Assembly: GCA_965238125.1 (NCBI GenBank)
Contig: OZ250179.1
Location: 6,279,364 to 6,343,363, forward strand
Length of the DNA: 64,000 nt
Direction of reading: 5' to 3'
Origin: Bryobacterales bacterium
GTDB taxonomy: Bacteria > Acidobacteriota > Terriglobia > Bryobacterales > UBA6623
Shown: positions 30,238-39,833 of the stretch, one piece after another
How positions within the stretch are numbered: the first letter of the stretch is position 1
Layout of the letters: each line of letters opens with the position of its first letter
Position numbers and translations under genes: made by a program
Notes under the pieces: model-generated
The model's database searches: none
What the model saw: only the letters and a program-made list of their open reading frames with translations
What the model was told of the DNA's origin: nothing

Positions 30238-30975
30238 ATGGACCGACGCCTACTGCTGTGCGCGGCGGTACTGAGTAGCACCGCCGTCGCGCAGGCGCAA
30301 ATCGCCATTTCGCCCCGTGCCGGGCTGATCCACCACGTGGAGGGTGAAGTCCGGGTTGACGGGATGGCACTGGACGTGAACTCCGGCTCTTTTTCTCACC
30401 TCAAGCCGGGTAAGATCCTACAGACTCTGGACGGTCGCGCGGAGTTGATCCTTAATCCTTCAAGCATCCTTCGCGCCGACGAGGCAACGCAATTCCAATT
30501 GCTTTCCGATGAAATCAACCGAGTCGAGGTGCGGTTGCTCTCCGGGTCGCTGTTGATCAAGCTTCGTGAGCAGCCCAAGGAATCTTCGATCACGGTTTGG
30601 TCCGGTGAGAGTGAAATCCGCCTGGTTGAGCGAGGTGTTTATCGGCTGGACGCCGAGCCTTGCGGGGAGCATCGACTGCGTGTGATGAGCGGCTTGGCGA
30701 CGGTTGTCCGCGAAGACATTGAACTGCGGCCGCACAGCGGTCAGTCGCTCGACCTAAACGCCGAGGCGGCGACACCGCAAAGGATCGCGCGCTCGAACCG
30801 CGAAGCCCTCGACGAGTGGAGTCGCCGCCGAGATCAGGTCCTCGCCGACGCAAATCGTATCAGGCCCTATTCCAATCGACGTCTCGTGGACGGGCTCGTC
30901 TTCCTCGCCCGCCACGGCCAAAGAGGCAAGCTCCCCTCCTACGGACGCGGCGCCCCACGCGGTGCGCGCCGTTGA
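30238..30975 (+). CDS. FecR-domain protein (secreted)
   Basis: Signal peptide; ISPRAGLIHHVEGEV, DGRAEL..LRADE, GVYRLD, LDEWSRRRD. Confidence 0.75.
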   Translation: MDRRLLLCAAVLSSTAVAQAQIAISPRAGLIHHVEGEVRVDGMALDVNSGSFSHLKPGKILQTLDGRAELILNPSSILRADEATQFQLLSDEINRVEVRLLSGSLLIKLREQPKESSITVWSGESEIRLVERGVYRLDAEPCGEHRLRVMSGLATVVREDIELRPHSGQSLDLNAEAATPQRIARSNREALDEWSRRRDQVLADANRIRPYSNRRLVDGLVFLARHGQRGKLPSYGRGAPRGARR

Positions 30976-31185
30976 TGCGCTCATTCGGGATTCAGCAACC
31001 GTTCGCATTGCCGAACCCGCCCCCGACGTGGCGTGAGCCGCCAGGCTCGCCGCGCCCGAGTCGTCGGGGCGGATCTTGGATCGCCGCCTTGCGGGGCCTG
31101 GCGAATCCGGGGATACGAACCGAGGAATCGGTTCGCGGCAAGCCTGGAGGCTCACGCCACGGGGGACGGTCGGCGAAACGCCGCC

Positions 31186-31220
31186 AAAAAAACGGGGGAG
31201 GGCGCGAAGCACCCTCCCCC
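31186..31220 (-). terminator. Rho-independent terminator of the TonB receptor gene
   Basis: Minus strand GGGGGAGGGTGC-TTC-GCGCCCTCCCCC followed by GTTTTTTT, 13 nt after the stop. Confidence 0.85.
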
Positions 31221-31233
31221 TGGGTTGGATCAA

Positions 31234-34200
31234 CTAGAACCTCAGCCGCAACCCGAACGTGAACTTGCGCGGGAGCAGCGAATTTGTCGATCTGCCGAAC
31301 AAGCCCGACGTAAGGTTGTGGACCGTCGGCGTCAGGTTGACCCGGTTAAAGCCATTGAGAGCCTCGATGCGCAGCTGCATCTCGGCTGTTTCGTTGGGAA
31401 ATGGGATGGGGAACCTCTTTAGCAGCTGGAAGTCCACCGTGGCGTAGCCTGGGTGATCGAACGTGTTACGGCCCAAATTCCCCTGGATGCCGTCGGCCGG
31501 GAGCGGGAAGTCCGAGGCGGAGAAGAGCCCGCTCCGGAAGTCTTCCTTCGACGCCCCCGAGATGGTGTTCCCGAAAGCCGGAGCATTGGGAACGTCATAG
31601 TTCTCCCCGTCCGCGTTGAAGTCGCCGCCGGCCCCGAACCCGGCCGTCGTGTGGACTGTGAAGGGTATGCCCGTCTGGAACACGCCGGTTGATGCGAGTT
31701 GCCAGCCGCCGAGCATCTTAGCCGCCAGCGAGTCACCGAAACTCGGAAAGTCATAAATGGCGTTAAACACGAAACGCGACCGCGCGTCGAAGTCCGCCCG
31801 GCCTCGCTGACGGCTCATGTCCGTCGCGTCGATGACCAAGCTGTTCGGTACTTGTGCCTGCGGTAACCCCGTCGTGCTGTAGAAGTCGAGGGTTTTGGCA
31901 TAGGTGTAAATAGCACGATAGGACCAATCCCTCGAGAAGCGCTTGTTCAGCATGAAGGAGACCGCATGCCCGAACGCGCTGCCGCTCGTACTGGCATAGT
32001 TGATCCCACCGAAGTTGGAATTGAGCCGGTCAAGCGTGCCGTCGAGCAGGTCGCCGGGGATGCGGTTGGTATTCGTGTTCACGGTCAAGTGAGTTGACTT
32101 CGCTCCGCTGTAGGTGAAATCAAAGACCGTGTCGTCCGACAGTTGCCGCTGAACGCTGAACATATAGCTGTGAACCGTAGGGGTGTCCAGGAAGGGATCC
32201 GAAGAACTAATGCTGTCTTGCAAACCGGCAAGCCCTCCATCCTCGTCAAACTCAAACTCGATAGGAGGCGCGGGCCAACCGCTCCCATCAGGCGGCCCGG
32301 CGCCGAATCCGTAGGTAATCGGATCGTTGTTGAAGATCGACAGCGCCGGCGTGGTAAGGGTCGGAAGGCCGCCGAACTGGACCGTCCAGTTGTTGGGAAT
32401 CCGATCGTGGAACATGCCGTAGCCCGCGCGGACGGAGGTTTTTCCGTCCCCGAAAACGTCCCAGGCAAAGCCGACTCTCGGCGAAAGGCCATTCAGTCGG
32501 TTGAGCGAGGAAACCAGATTTCCGCCGACCTCGCGGGGGCCGATGCTCCCGTTGGCGAAGCGTTCCGCCAGATTGTTGCCCGAGCCGGGGTTGAAGTAGT
32601 GCACGATGGCCGACTCTTTCTCGTACTTGAGGACATTGCCGTAGTCGTTGTACCGTACACCGATGTTGAGGGTGAAACTGCGGGTGACCTTCCAGTCATC
32701 TTGGAAAAAGAGCGAGTTGTACTTCAGGCCGTCCTTGGTGAGCGTTCCGCGCACCTCGCCGGTTTGCGGATTCATGCCGGGTCCAATCTGGAGGAACGGC
32801 TCATCCTGAGCAAAGTCAAGGATATTGCCGAAGAAGAACAGCGGCACCGTATTTGTGTTTTCCCAAGGCGTAAGATCGAGCACACGGTGATGCTCATAGC
32901 CGAACCGCATATTGTGGTTGCCGCGATTCCAAGAGATGATGTCGCGGAACTCGGTGGTCGGGCCGTTCCAGCCGCCCGGAGCCCAATGGCCGAACCGGGC
33001 TACACCCGTCACCGAGATCCACGGGACCTTGGAGTTATCTCCGGGAGAGAACAAACCGGCACCGTCCCGCTTGCCTCGAGCGAAGGAGAATGTGTTCAGC
33101 AGCGTCGGGCTGAAAATGTGCGTGAACTGGCTCTTGAAGAAATAATTGACCGAGGTATTCGGGCGTGTGATGCCGGGCCGAATGAAACCGGAATCGTTGC
33201 CGCGGGTGTCGGAAGTCGACCGGTAGTAGTAGAGGAATATCCGATCGTTGACCTCATTGAAGTGATGATCGCCGCGCAGAGTGAACTGCTCTCCATGGCG
33301 GGGGCTCGAACTCGACACGACCGTTGTCCCCACGACGCGCAAATCGTCCGGAAACACGTCGGTGTTAAAGAAGGCCGACCCGGCGGCTTTGAGATCGCCC
33401 ACCGTCTGGAAGTTCTCGAACGGAGCAATGGCGGGCGCCTGCAACCGGAAGATTTCAGCCGCCATCGAGTTCGGGAATTGGCTGCTCACGAAGTTCACGA
33501 ATTCCGGCGTTTCGACGGTGTTCACCGCGGTTGCGGTCTGCGAAGACCGCAAGACGTCGAGTCCGGCGAAGAAGAAGGTCTTATTCTTGACGATCGGGCC
33601 GCCCCCGGTCGCCCACACTTCATTGCGGCGGAAGACGGGGATGTCATTTTGGACGATGTTGCGGCTGAGAAGCTTGTTATTCGTATGCCACCAGGCCGCT
33701 GTTCCGTGGAAGTCGTTCGTGCCGGCCTTGCTGATGACCTCGATGAAGACGCCCGAAGACAAGCCCTTGTCGGCGGAAAACTCGGCCGCGCGGACATTGA
33801 AGGATTCAATCGTGTCCGGGAAGGGCGAAACGAAGGCCGACCCGGCTCTGGAATTTTCGTTGATATAGCTGCCGTCGAGAACGAACTGGTTGGAGTCCTG
33901 CCGCTGGCCGACCGCCATCACGCGGAGGCCGAGCTGAGGCTCGAAGTTGTCGACCTCGCCGCCGGCGGTGCGGCTGGCGCTCTGCGAGCCGCCGGTTAGA
34001 CCGGTACCGATGACGCCGGGAACGATGGCGGCTTGACGCCAGACCGTGCGTCCCGGAAGAGGCGCGTCCTCGAGCATTTGTTCGTCGAGTTGGACGCTGG
34101 TTTGTGCATTGGCCGTGTTGACCGAGGCCAGGGTAGCGGCGACGGTGACTTCGGTGGTGACTTCGCCGATTTCCATGACGGGCGCCAGGGTACGTACCTG

Positions 34201-34509
34201 TCGGGCCTCGAGGTTGAGGTTGGTTTGCGTCCAGGTGTTGAAGCCTTCGAGTTTGACCTCGACTTCGTAGTCGCCGGGCGCGAGATCGGCCATGCGGAAA
34301 TAACCACTGGCGTTGGTGAAGACGACGCGCGCGACACCCTGCTCCACATGGGTGATTGTTATTTCGGCGTCGGGGATGACGGCCCCGGAGGCATCCGCGA
34401 CGGTACCCTCCAAAGCGCTGTCAAATTGAGCCGACGCCGGGTTCGGCAGCGCGACAAGAAGCGCGCCGACGAACAGCAGTTGAAGCATTTTCTTCGTGGT
34501 GTTTTGCAT
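31234..34509 (-). CDS. TonB-dependent receptor, Oar-like, with carboxypeptidase-regulatory-like N domain
   Basis: GTVADASGAVIP, SKAGTNDFHG, FFQDDWKVT, SPRVGFAWD, C-terminal FGLRLRF. Confidence 0.93.
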   Translation of the reverse strand: MQNTTKKMLQLLFVGALLVALPNPASAQFDSALEGTVADASGAVIPDAEITITHVEQGVARVVFTNASGYFRMADLAPGDYEVEVKLEGFNTWTQTNLNLEARQVRTLAPVMEIGEVTTEVTVAATLASVNTANAQTSVQLDEQMLEDAPLPGRTVWRQAAIVPGVIGTGLTGGSQSASRTAGGEVDNFEPQLGLRVMAVGQRQDSNQFVLDGSYINENSRAGSAFVSPFPDTIESFNVRAAEFSADKGLSSGVFIEVISKAGTNDFHGTAAWWHTNNKLLSRNIVQNDIPVFRRNEVWATGGGPIVKNKTFFFAGLDVLRSSQTATAVNTVETPEFVNFVSSQFPNSMAAEIFRLQAPAIAPFENFQTVGDLKAAGSAFFNTDVFPDDLRVVGTTVVSSSSPRHGEQFTLRGDHHFNEVNDRIFLYYYRSTSDTRGNDSGFIRPGITRPNTSVNYFFKSQFTHIFSPTLLNTFSFARGKRDGAGLFSPGDNSKVPWISVTGVARFGHWAPGGWNGPTTEFRDIISWNRGNHNMRFGYEHHRVLDLTPWENTNTVPLFFFGNILDFAQDEPFLQIGPGMNPQTGEVRGTLTKDGLKYNSLFFQDDWKVTRSFTLNIGVRYNDYGNVLKYEKESAIVHYFNPGSGNNLAERFANGSIGPREVGGNLVSSLNRLNGLSPRVGFAWDVFGDGKTSVRAGYGMFHDRIPNNWTVQFGGLPTLTTPALSIFNNDPITYGFGAGPPDGSGWPAPPIEFEFDEDGGLAGLQDSISSSDPFLDTPTVHSYMFSVQRQLSDDTVFDFTYSGAKSTHLTVNTNTNRIPGDLLDGTLDRLNSNFGGINYASTSGSAFGHAVSFMLNKRFSRDWSYRAIYTYAKTLDFYSTTGLPQAQVPNSLVIDATDMSRQRGRADFDARSRFVFNAIYDFPSFGDSLAAKMLGGWQLASTGVFQTGIPFTVHTTAGFGAGGDFNADGENYDVPNAPAFGNTISGASKEDFRSGLFSASDFPLPADGIQGNLGRNTFDHPGYATVDFQLLKRFPIPFPNETAEMQLRIEALNGFNRVNLTPTVHNLTSGLFGRSTNSLLPRKFTFGLRLRF

Positions 34510-35021
34510 TTTGTGAACTCTCCATCTCACCCGGTTTGCGGCGGTGGTCGCCGCCTGCCGGGTGAACGTTAAAGTATCTGCTCAACTGTAGCAACTCCCG
34601 CCCCCCGGCGTAAGCCTTCGGGGGGGGCGTATCCCGGCCCTCACCCACGGCCCTAACGCCACCGCTGCGCGTACCATCAACGAATGTTGTCCCGTGAGCG
34701 AGCTGGTGCGTGTTGTGCAGGTTTACGAACTGGCCGCGCCGGCGTACTGCCCCGCAGAGTAATCTCGGCTTCGACTGGTCACCCGGCCGCTCCGGGGAGG
34801 GTGACCGCGAAGCCGTCAATGGGTTGATCGATGGGCCTGAATCAAGTGTCCGCCGTTAAAGAGGAATTACCCGATCGGTCCGGTCCTGGCGAGACCATGG
34901 CGCTCCCGAACACGAGGAACTTTCCCGATCTAGGCACGAGCAATTGGCGTTGGCGCCATTCCGCCGCGTGCCGTCGATGTGTCAGACTTCTCGTGGTGTC
35001 CCTTGTCCGGCAGTTCGTCGG

Positions 35022-35429
35022 TTAGCTCTTCCTCGACAGAAGCAGGCGCTCGGCGAGATCCGTGATCACCCAGTCTTCCGCGATGAGGCCGCCGCGGAAT
35101 TGGCTCGTGACCACATCGCGCCACACGATATTACGGCCGGACGCGGGAAACCCCATGAAGGCGCCTTCTTGGGCGCCCCGCAACGTCCTCTGCCACGCAA
35201 CTCGGTTCTTCCCCTCCACAAGAATCTCCACATCGATCTCGATATGCGGGAAGGCACTTCGAAGCATTTTGAGGTATTTGCGAATCCCGTCGTGACCGCC
35301 TTCCATATCGCGGTCGGTCAGGTGGGCTACATAGTCCGACGCGAAGAAATCCCCTACCGCCGCTAGGTTTCCGTTCGCGATGAGCGTGGTATTGGCTGCT
35401 CGGATCTTGGAGACAAGTGACGGGTTCAT
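35022..35429 (-). CDS. SnoaL-like ester cyclase family protein
   Basis: FFASDYVAH, LRSAFPHIEIDVEILV, GAFMGFPASGR, GLIAEDW. Confidence 0.85.
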   Translation of the reverse strand: MNPSLVSKIRAANTTLIANGNLAAVGDFFASDYVAHLTDRDMEGGHDGIRKYLKMLRSAFPHIEIDVEILVEGKNRVAWQRTLRGAQEGAFMGFPASGRNIVWRDVVTSQFRGGLIAEDWVITDLAERLLLSRKS

Positions 35430-35489
35430 TCGACGCTCCGAAGCACGGCAATATTTCCGTTGACAAGACGCCTCTGTCGGACTTCGATG

Positions 35490-35615
35490 TTACGCCGCCC
35501 GGCTGTGAGCCGGCGGTCGGGAATCCCTAAACTGGGCGAAAGCGTATCTAGCGCAATCGGATCTGATGCCGTAACCGTCTACGCTCATCGCCACCAAGTA
35601 CCTAATTCGTCCCAT
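35490..35615 (-). pseudogene. Truncated dihydrofolate reductase/RibD-C-family fragment
   Basis: GGAGGAAAT-like leader then MGRIRYLVAMSVDGY; similarity is lost after about 15 codons. Confidence 0.45.
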
Positions 35616-35826
35616 GAACGAATTTCTCCCGCCGCCGCCGATCATACCACCTAAGGAAGGTCGCCCTGTCAGGCTGCACCCGAGGCAGGGGGGTCGGGGG
35701 CGTCGGGAGGGTCTGCGGATGCACCCCTTCCACGCGGACGACCGGTCCCTTGAGCAGCAGCGGCCGATTGGGGTCGAATTCCGCTCCGAAAGCGTGGTGA
35801 GCTTACCGAACCATCGCGCGTTAGGC

Positions 35827-36011
35827 CTAGCCCGCATTTCTCATCGCCTGACGGGCAAAGCACATGATAGACCCGCCATTACTTCGTTTCGCTTGCTCGC
35901 CGTGCTCACCGTACTGTTCAAGTACGCCTCCGCGCGCCAAGCGGCGCGCGCCTCGTACTGACGGGCCTCTCATGCACTTTGCCTCGCCAAGCGATGAGAA
36001 AAGCGGGCTAG
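35827..36011. mobile_element. MITE with ~48-bp imperfect terminal inverted repeats, flanked by CTAG
   Basis: CTAG|CCCGCATTTCTCATCGCCTGACGGGCAAAGCACATGA ... TCATGCACTTTGCCTCGCCAAGCGATGAGAAAAGCGGG|CTAG. Confidence 0.8.
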
Positions 36012-36196
36012 TGTTCGTGTCTACTCGAAACCGTTGTGCGCGCGGGCGTCGCTTGCGCTCCGGGCTCGTATCCGTGTCGTGAATGGCGACGCGGAATTAG
36101 CCCGTAGGAGTGCTCCGCGGCGCCGCGCCGGCACGCCGGACTTCCGTAACGGACTCCTAGCGCCCAACGTCTTTGACTAGACTGGAACTAGTCGAT

Positions 36197-37354
36197 ATGC
36201 GCCGCTTTTTCGCAGTGCCGGCGATCGCGTTGTGCCCGCTGCTCGCGGGCGCGGCTTGGGCCGACACCGTGTCGCTTGCGGAAGCCTCCGGCGTCGTGCG
36301 TCGGGGCGATCACTTACTGGTCGTCGACGACGGACATCCAGGCATCTACTTTCGGATTCCGTTAGACGGCCGACCGGGTCCAACGATTCCTCTTGGCGGC
36401 GCGGAGGTACAGAGAGTTTCGATCCAATCGAGCCCCTTCGTCAGCGACTTGGAATCGATCGAAGTGCTGCGCGACGGACGCGTCGTTGTGCTTTCGGAAC
36501 GGCTGCGGATGCTGCTCTGCTCCGACGGCGTGGTCGCGACCTATGGCGCTCCCCTCAGCGAATTCGGCAAGCGCGGGCTGGAGGGCGTTGCGGTGCGAGC
36601 GGGTCGGGGCCGGTCGTCGCTGGTGGCGGTGTTGTGGGAAGGCGGCTATCCCGAGTACGTCCACTTGCCGCCTCCGCTGCAACGTAGCGCGGGTCGCGCG
36701 GCGCTCAAGCCGCTGGTCGTCGTTCATACGGTGGGGAGCGGTCGACAAGGCCTGCTTGTCCCCACCAGAGACGCGGTGGAGTTGGATGTCCCGCTGCCGC
36801 CGGGAGAGGAGCCGCGGGCGCAACGTTTTCGAGCGCCCGATTTGGTCTGGTTTCGCGGGCCGAACAGAGAATGGGAGTTTATTGTTCTGCTCAGCTCGGC
36901 TAACTCGGCCGGCAACAGGGAATACCAGCACCATTGGCTGCAACGTTTCTCGACAGAAGGGGACCAGCTGGGCGAACCGCTTGACCTCGATAAAATCGCG
37001 CCGCCCGAGTTGCGCGGAACCAACTGGGAGGGCCTCGGCTGGTTCGAAGCGGGCAAAAGCCTCGTGGTCGTCAACGAAAGTAGTCCTCGGCCGAGCGGAG
37101 TCGCCTATGTTGTCAAGCTGCCGCCGGGTTGGCGGGGCGACACCAAAGAGCCGGCCTTCTTTACACACCGCACACGCCGCAAGACAGGGTACTTTATTGG
37201 AACGCCAACAGGGGGCCGTCCCGACGGCACGCTGGCCGCGGGGACTCCCGTGGTTCTGATCGAGTCCGGACCGCGATACTGGTTGGTCCGTACCCAGGCC
37301 GATCTGGTCGCCTACGTACGCCGCAAGAGCTTGCGGCCGAATAGCGCGGACTGA
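36197..37354 (+). CDS. Secreted hypothetical protein: beta-propeller/phytase-esterase-like region plus SH3-like C-terminus
   Basis: Signal peptide; EASGV, DLESI, GLEGVAV, NWEGL repeats; tail GTLAAGTPVVLIESGPRYWLVRT..AYVRR. Confidence 0.6.
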   Translation: MRRFFAVPAIALCPLLAGAAWADTVSLAEASGVVRRGDHLLVVDDGHPGIYFRIPLDGRPGPTIPLGGAEVQRVSIQSSPFVSDLESIEVLRDGRVVVLSERLRMLLCSDGVVATYGAPLSEFGKRGLEGVAVRAGRGRSSLVAVLWEGGYPEYVHLPPPLQRSAGRAALKPLVVVHTVGSGRQGLLVPTRDAVELDVPLPPGEEPRAQRFRAPDLVWFRGPNREWEFIVLLSSANSAGNREYQHHWLQRFSTEGDQLGEPLDLDKIAPPELRGTNWEGLGWFEAGKSLVVVNESSPRPSGVAYVVKLPPGWRGDTKEPAFFTHRTRRKTGYFIGTPTGGRPDGTLAAGTPVVLIESGPRYWLVRTQADLVAYVRRKSLRPNSAD

Positions 37355-37444
37355 CGGCGCGCGCGCGCCAGTCGGCGGGGCGAGCGGAAGAGGTTTGCGA
37401 TTTGGGTTTGGGGCGCGATTGGGGGGTTGGATTAGATTCCGGCG

Positions 37445-37535
37445 TTGCCACTGGGGGGGTGTAGGTCCACCACCGTCAATGTTTCCGGGGCGGTTTCATC
37501 GCATACCGCTTGCTGACGCGCGCGGCTCGGTTTGG
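37445..37535 (-). repeat. Truncated family B element (reverse orientation)
   Basis: CATCGCATACCGCTTGCTGACGCGCGCGGCTCGGTTTGG next to the crp stop. Confidence 0.75.
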
Positions 37536-37537
37536 GT

Positions 37538-38275
37538 TTAACTCGCCGGCAGCGTTTTCTTCAGCTCGGCGGGATTGAAGTCGATACCCGAACGCGAATA
37601 AGCCAGCCTGCCGTCGCGGCGTAGCTGACTCATGTGTTGCGTAATAATCTCGCGAGACGTCCCGACATAGCGCGCCAGCAGCTCATGCGTGAGGGGCATC
37701 AAGTGCAGCGTCATCGTGTCGTCGAAGGTGCCGAACTGATTGCCCAGTCGGAGCAGCACTTTGACGAGCCTTTGGGAAATCTGATCGATGGCCAGGCTCT
37801 CGATTCGTGAATCCGCGTCGTAAAGCTTGGTGGCAAACGTGCGCAGCAGCGACGGTCCCAACTCCGGGGTGCGCATCATCAACGTCGCCAAGTCGTCCGC
37901 CGACCACTCCATGACGGCCGAATCTTCGAGCGCCACCGCCAATTCGCCCCGCACACGGCGTCCCATCAGCCCGGATTCGCCGAAGAAGGCGTCAGTGGAG
38001 CAGAAATCCAACACCGTCTCGCGCCCCCCGCCGGAAATCCGACTCAGCTTCACCGTCCCCTCCACGACCAGCAACAGGCTGTCCGCCGGGTCGTCGGGGC
38101 TGTAGATTGTCTCGTCTCGGTTGAAGCGTTGCGACTTGCGCCGCGGCAAGAAGACCAGCGGGTCATCCCAAATCGTCGTCGACATTGGAGCATTCATCAC
38201 ACCGACCGCCATGAGCGAACCTCCCTGCCGAGCGGCCATCCGCTCGCGCCCAGAATGCGCGGTGGCCGGCTTCAT
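37538..38275 (-). CDS. Crp/Fnr family transcriptional regulator (start may lie further downstream)
   Basis: IYSPDDPADSL..VEGTVKL, FFGE, LTHELLARYVGTSREIIT HTH. Confidence 0.92.
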   Translation of the reverse strand: MKPATAHSGRERMAARQGGSLMAVGVMNAPMSTTIWDDPLVFLPRRKSQRFNRDETIYSPDDPADSLLLVVEGTVKLSRISGGGRETVLDFCSTDAFFGESGLMGRRVRGELAVALEDSAVMEWSADDLATLMMRTPELGPSLLRTFATKLYDADSRIESLAIDQISQRLVKVLLRLGNQFGTFDDTMTLHLMPLTHELLARYVGTSREIITQHMSQLRRDGRLAYSRSGIDFNPAELKKTLPAS

Positions 38276-38478
38276 ACCGACTGCGCGCTGACGCCTGATT
38301 TAATAGACCCTACAAGTCTCCGATAGGTTTCCACGATTCCCCCGTCACGCGGAAAATTTACGTCGAGCCTGTCGTGGCCCAGGGTCCTGAAAACGTGAAA
38401 GCGACTGAAACAAAAGGGGTTGCGAGCGGCAGCACCGAAGCGGGCGCGGCCCGACGCGCTTGGAGAAAACGCCGCCTT

Positions 38479-38730
38479 TTACGATCGGTTCAGATGTTGC
38501 TCGAGTGTCTTCATCAGCCGTTGTTCGACTTCCTCGGGCAGGGGATGACAATCGACGCCGCGGGAGATCGCGACCGTCTTTTTCGTTTCGTCAAAGATCA
38601 GCCAACAGTCCGGGCATTTCGCCAGATGCGCCTCGATCGAGATGCGCAACTCAGCGTCCAATTCCCCGTCGAGGAAGTTGCTGACGTCGTCGAGAAACGT
38701 CTTGCAGTTAATCTTGCGGGTTGTTCCCAT
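38479..38730 (-). CDS. Zinc-finger (zf-HC2/ZAS) anti-sigma factor
   Basis: NC..FLDGEL..EAHLAKCPDC (HxxxCxxC); overlaps the sigma gene. Confidence 0.9.
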   Translation of the reverse strand: MGTTRKINCKTFLDDVSNFLDGELDAELRISIEAHLAKCPDCWLIFDETKKTVAISRGVDCHPLPEEVEQRLMKTLEQHLNRS

Positions 38731-39325
38731 GGTGACTCAATACTCGTTGCAACTTGTCGCGCAACCGCAGGCGAGCGCGCAACAATCGAGACTTCACCGC
38801 CGAGACGGACAGCCCCAAACTCTCCGCCGTCTCTTCGGTGGAAAGACCGTCGATATCCCGCAGCACCAACACCGTTCGATAGGATTCTGGCAGGCTGTCG
38901 ATGCCGCTCGAGAGTGTACGTCTAAGCTCTTCGCGTTCGTACTGCTGTTCCGGGTCGGCGTCGCCGGAGGCAATCTCGCGGGGAATCGATCCCTCGCCGG
39001 TGTCGACCGGCCGATCGAGCGGCAGAAACTTGCCGTCCTTGCGCTGCCGCAGTCTCATCAACGCCTGGTTGACGCCGATGCGCGTCAGCCAGGTGTAGAA
39101 TTTCGCATCGCCCTTAAACTGATCGAGCCGCGAGTAGGCGTTCAAGAACGTCTCTTGCAAGACGTCCTCGGCGTCCTCGTCGTTCTTGGTGATGTGGCGG
39201 GCGGTGCGGTAGATCTTCGGGGCGTAACGATTCACCAGCTCGGTGAAGGCGGAACGATCCCCCTGCTTCGCTTGGTTCGCCAGCGCGATATCGTCGAAAA
39301 CGGCGATGTTAGTGGAATCGGACAT
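38708..39325 (-). CDS. ECF RNA polymerase sigma factor
   Basis: GDRSAFTELV, DAEDVLQETF, FYTWLTRI, VLVLRDIDGLS..AVKSRLLRAR. Alternative start at 39385. Confidence 0.94.
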   Translation of the reverse strand: MSDSTNIAVFDDIALANQAKQGDRSAFTELVNRYAPKIYRTARHITKNDEDAEDVLQETFLNAYSRLDQFKGDAKFYTWLTRIGVNQALMRLRQRKDGKFLPLDRPVDTGEGSIPREIASGDADPEQQYEREELRRTLSSGIDSLPESYRTVLVLRDIDGLSTEETAESLGLSVSAVKSRLLRARLRLRDKLQRVLSHHGNNPQD

Positions 39326-39427
39326 GAGCGTGGCGGCGGAGCCAAAGAAAGAATGCCGCGCTGTCACCATTTTGTCAGGTTGCACGGCTCCCAGCGCGTT
39401 ACGAGCGGGGAACCCGCAAATCTCTAC

Positions 39428-39522
39428 AGCCGCGAAGCGGCGGAAGGAATATAGCCTGGGCTGGAGCCGAAGGCGAAACCCCAGGTTCCGAACGGAACGA
39501 AATCGAGCCCTGACAGGGCGAC
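39428..39522 (-). repeat. REP-like family A copy (reverse)
   Basis: AGCCGCGAAGCGGCGG..ATAGCCTGGG..GAGCCGAAGGCGAAACCCCAGG..AGCCCTGACAGGGCG. Confidence 0.8.
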
Positions 39523-39833
39523 AGGAACGAAGCCTGTCATCTGCCCCAACGTGAAGACGGGCGAGGAATTTCCGCTTGGTTCGGCCATGGCTAAAGCCGA
39601 AAATGGGGAAGGCCGCTGAAGCGGCCTACGGGCCCGCATGTACCGGCTCTAAAGAGCCGGCCTAGTGAAATCCAAGCCCGGTGAATCGCGGTGAATCGGG
39701 CTGCATTCATGTCGACCCCATCAACGGCCATGAAAAGCGCGCGGCGACCCCGGTAGTACCATAAGGAGTTTGCCCCACCGCGGCGGAACATCGGAGAAGC
39801 TCGAACCGCTCGACCGGGCCCGATTCGTCGACC

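Noticed and set aside
32143-33999. Long antisense ORFs (618 aa here; also 4201-5265, 16237-17427, 20622-22079, 27883-29130, 62494-63645)
   Set aside because: Shadow ORFs opposite well-supported genes, expected in high-GC DNA, with no recognisable motifs.
34931-34948. Sigma54 promoter-like TAGGCACGAGCAATTGGC
   Set aside because: Imperfect -24/-12 match, and it points toward the 3' end of a convergent gene.
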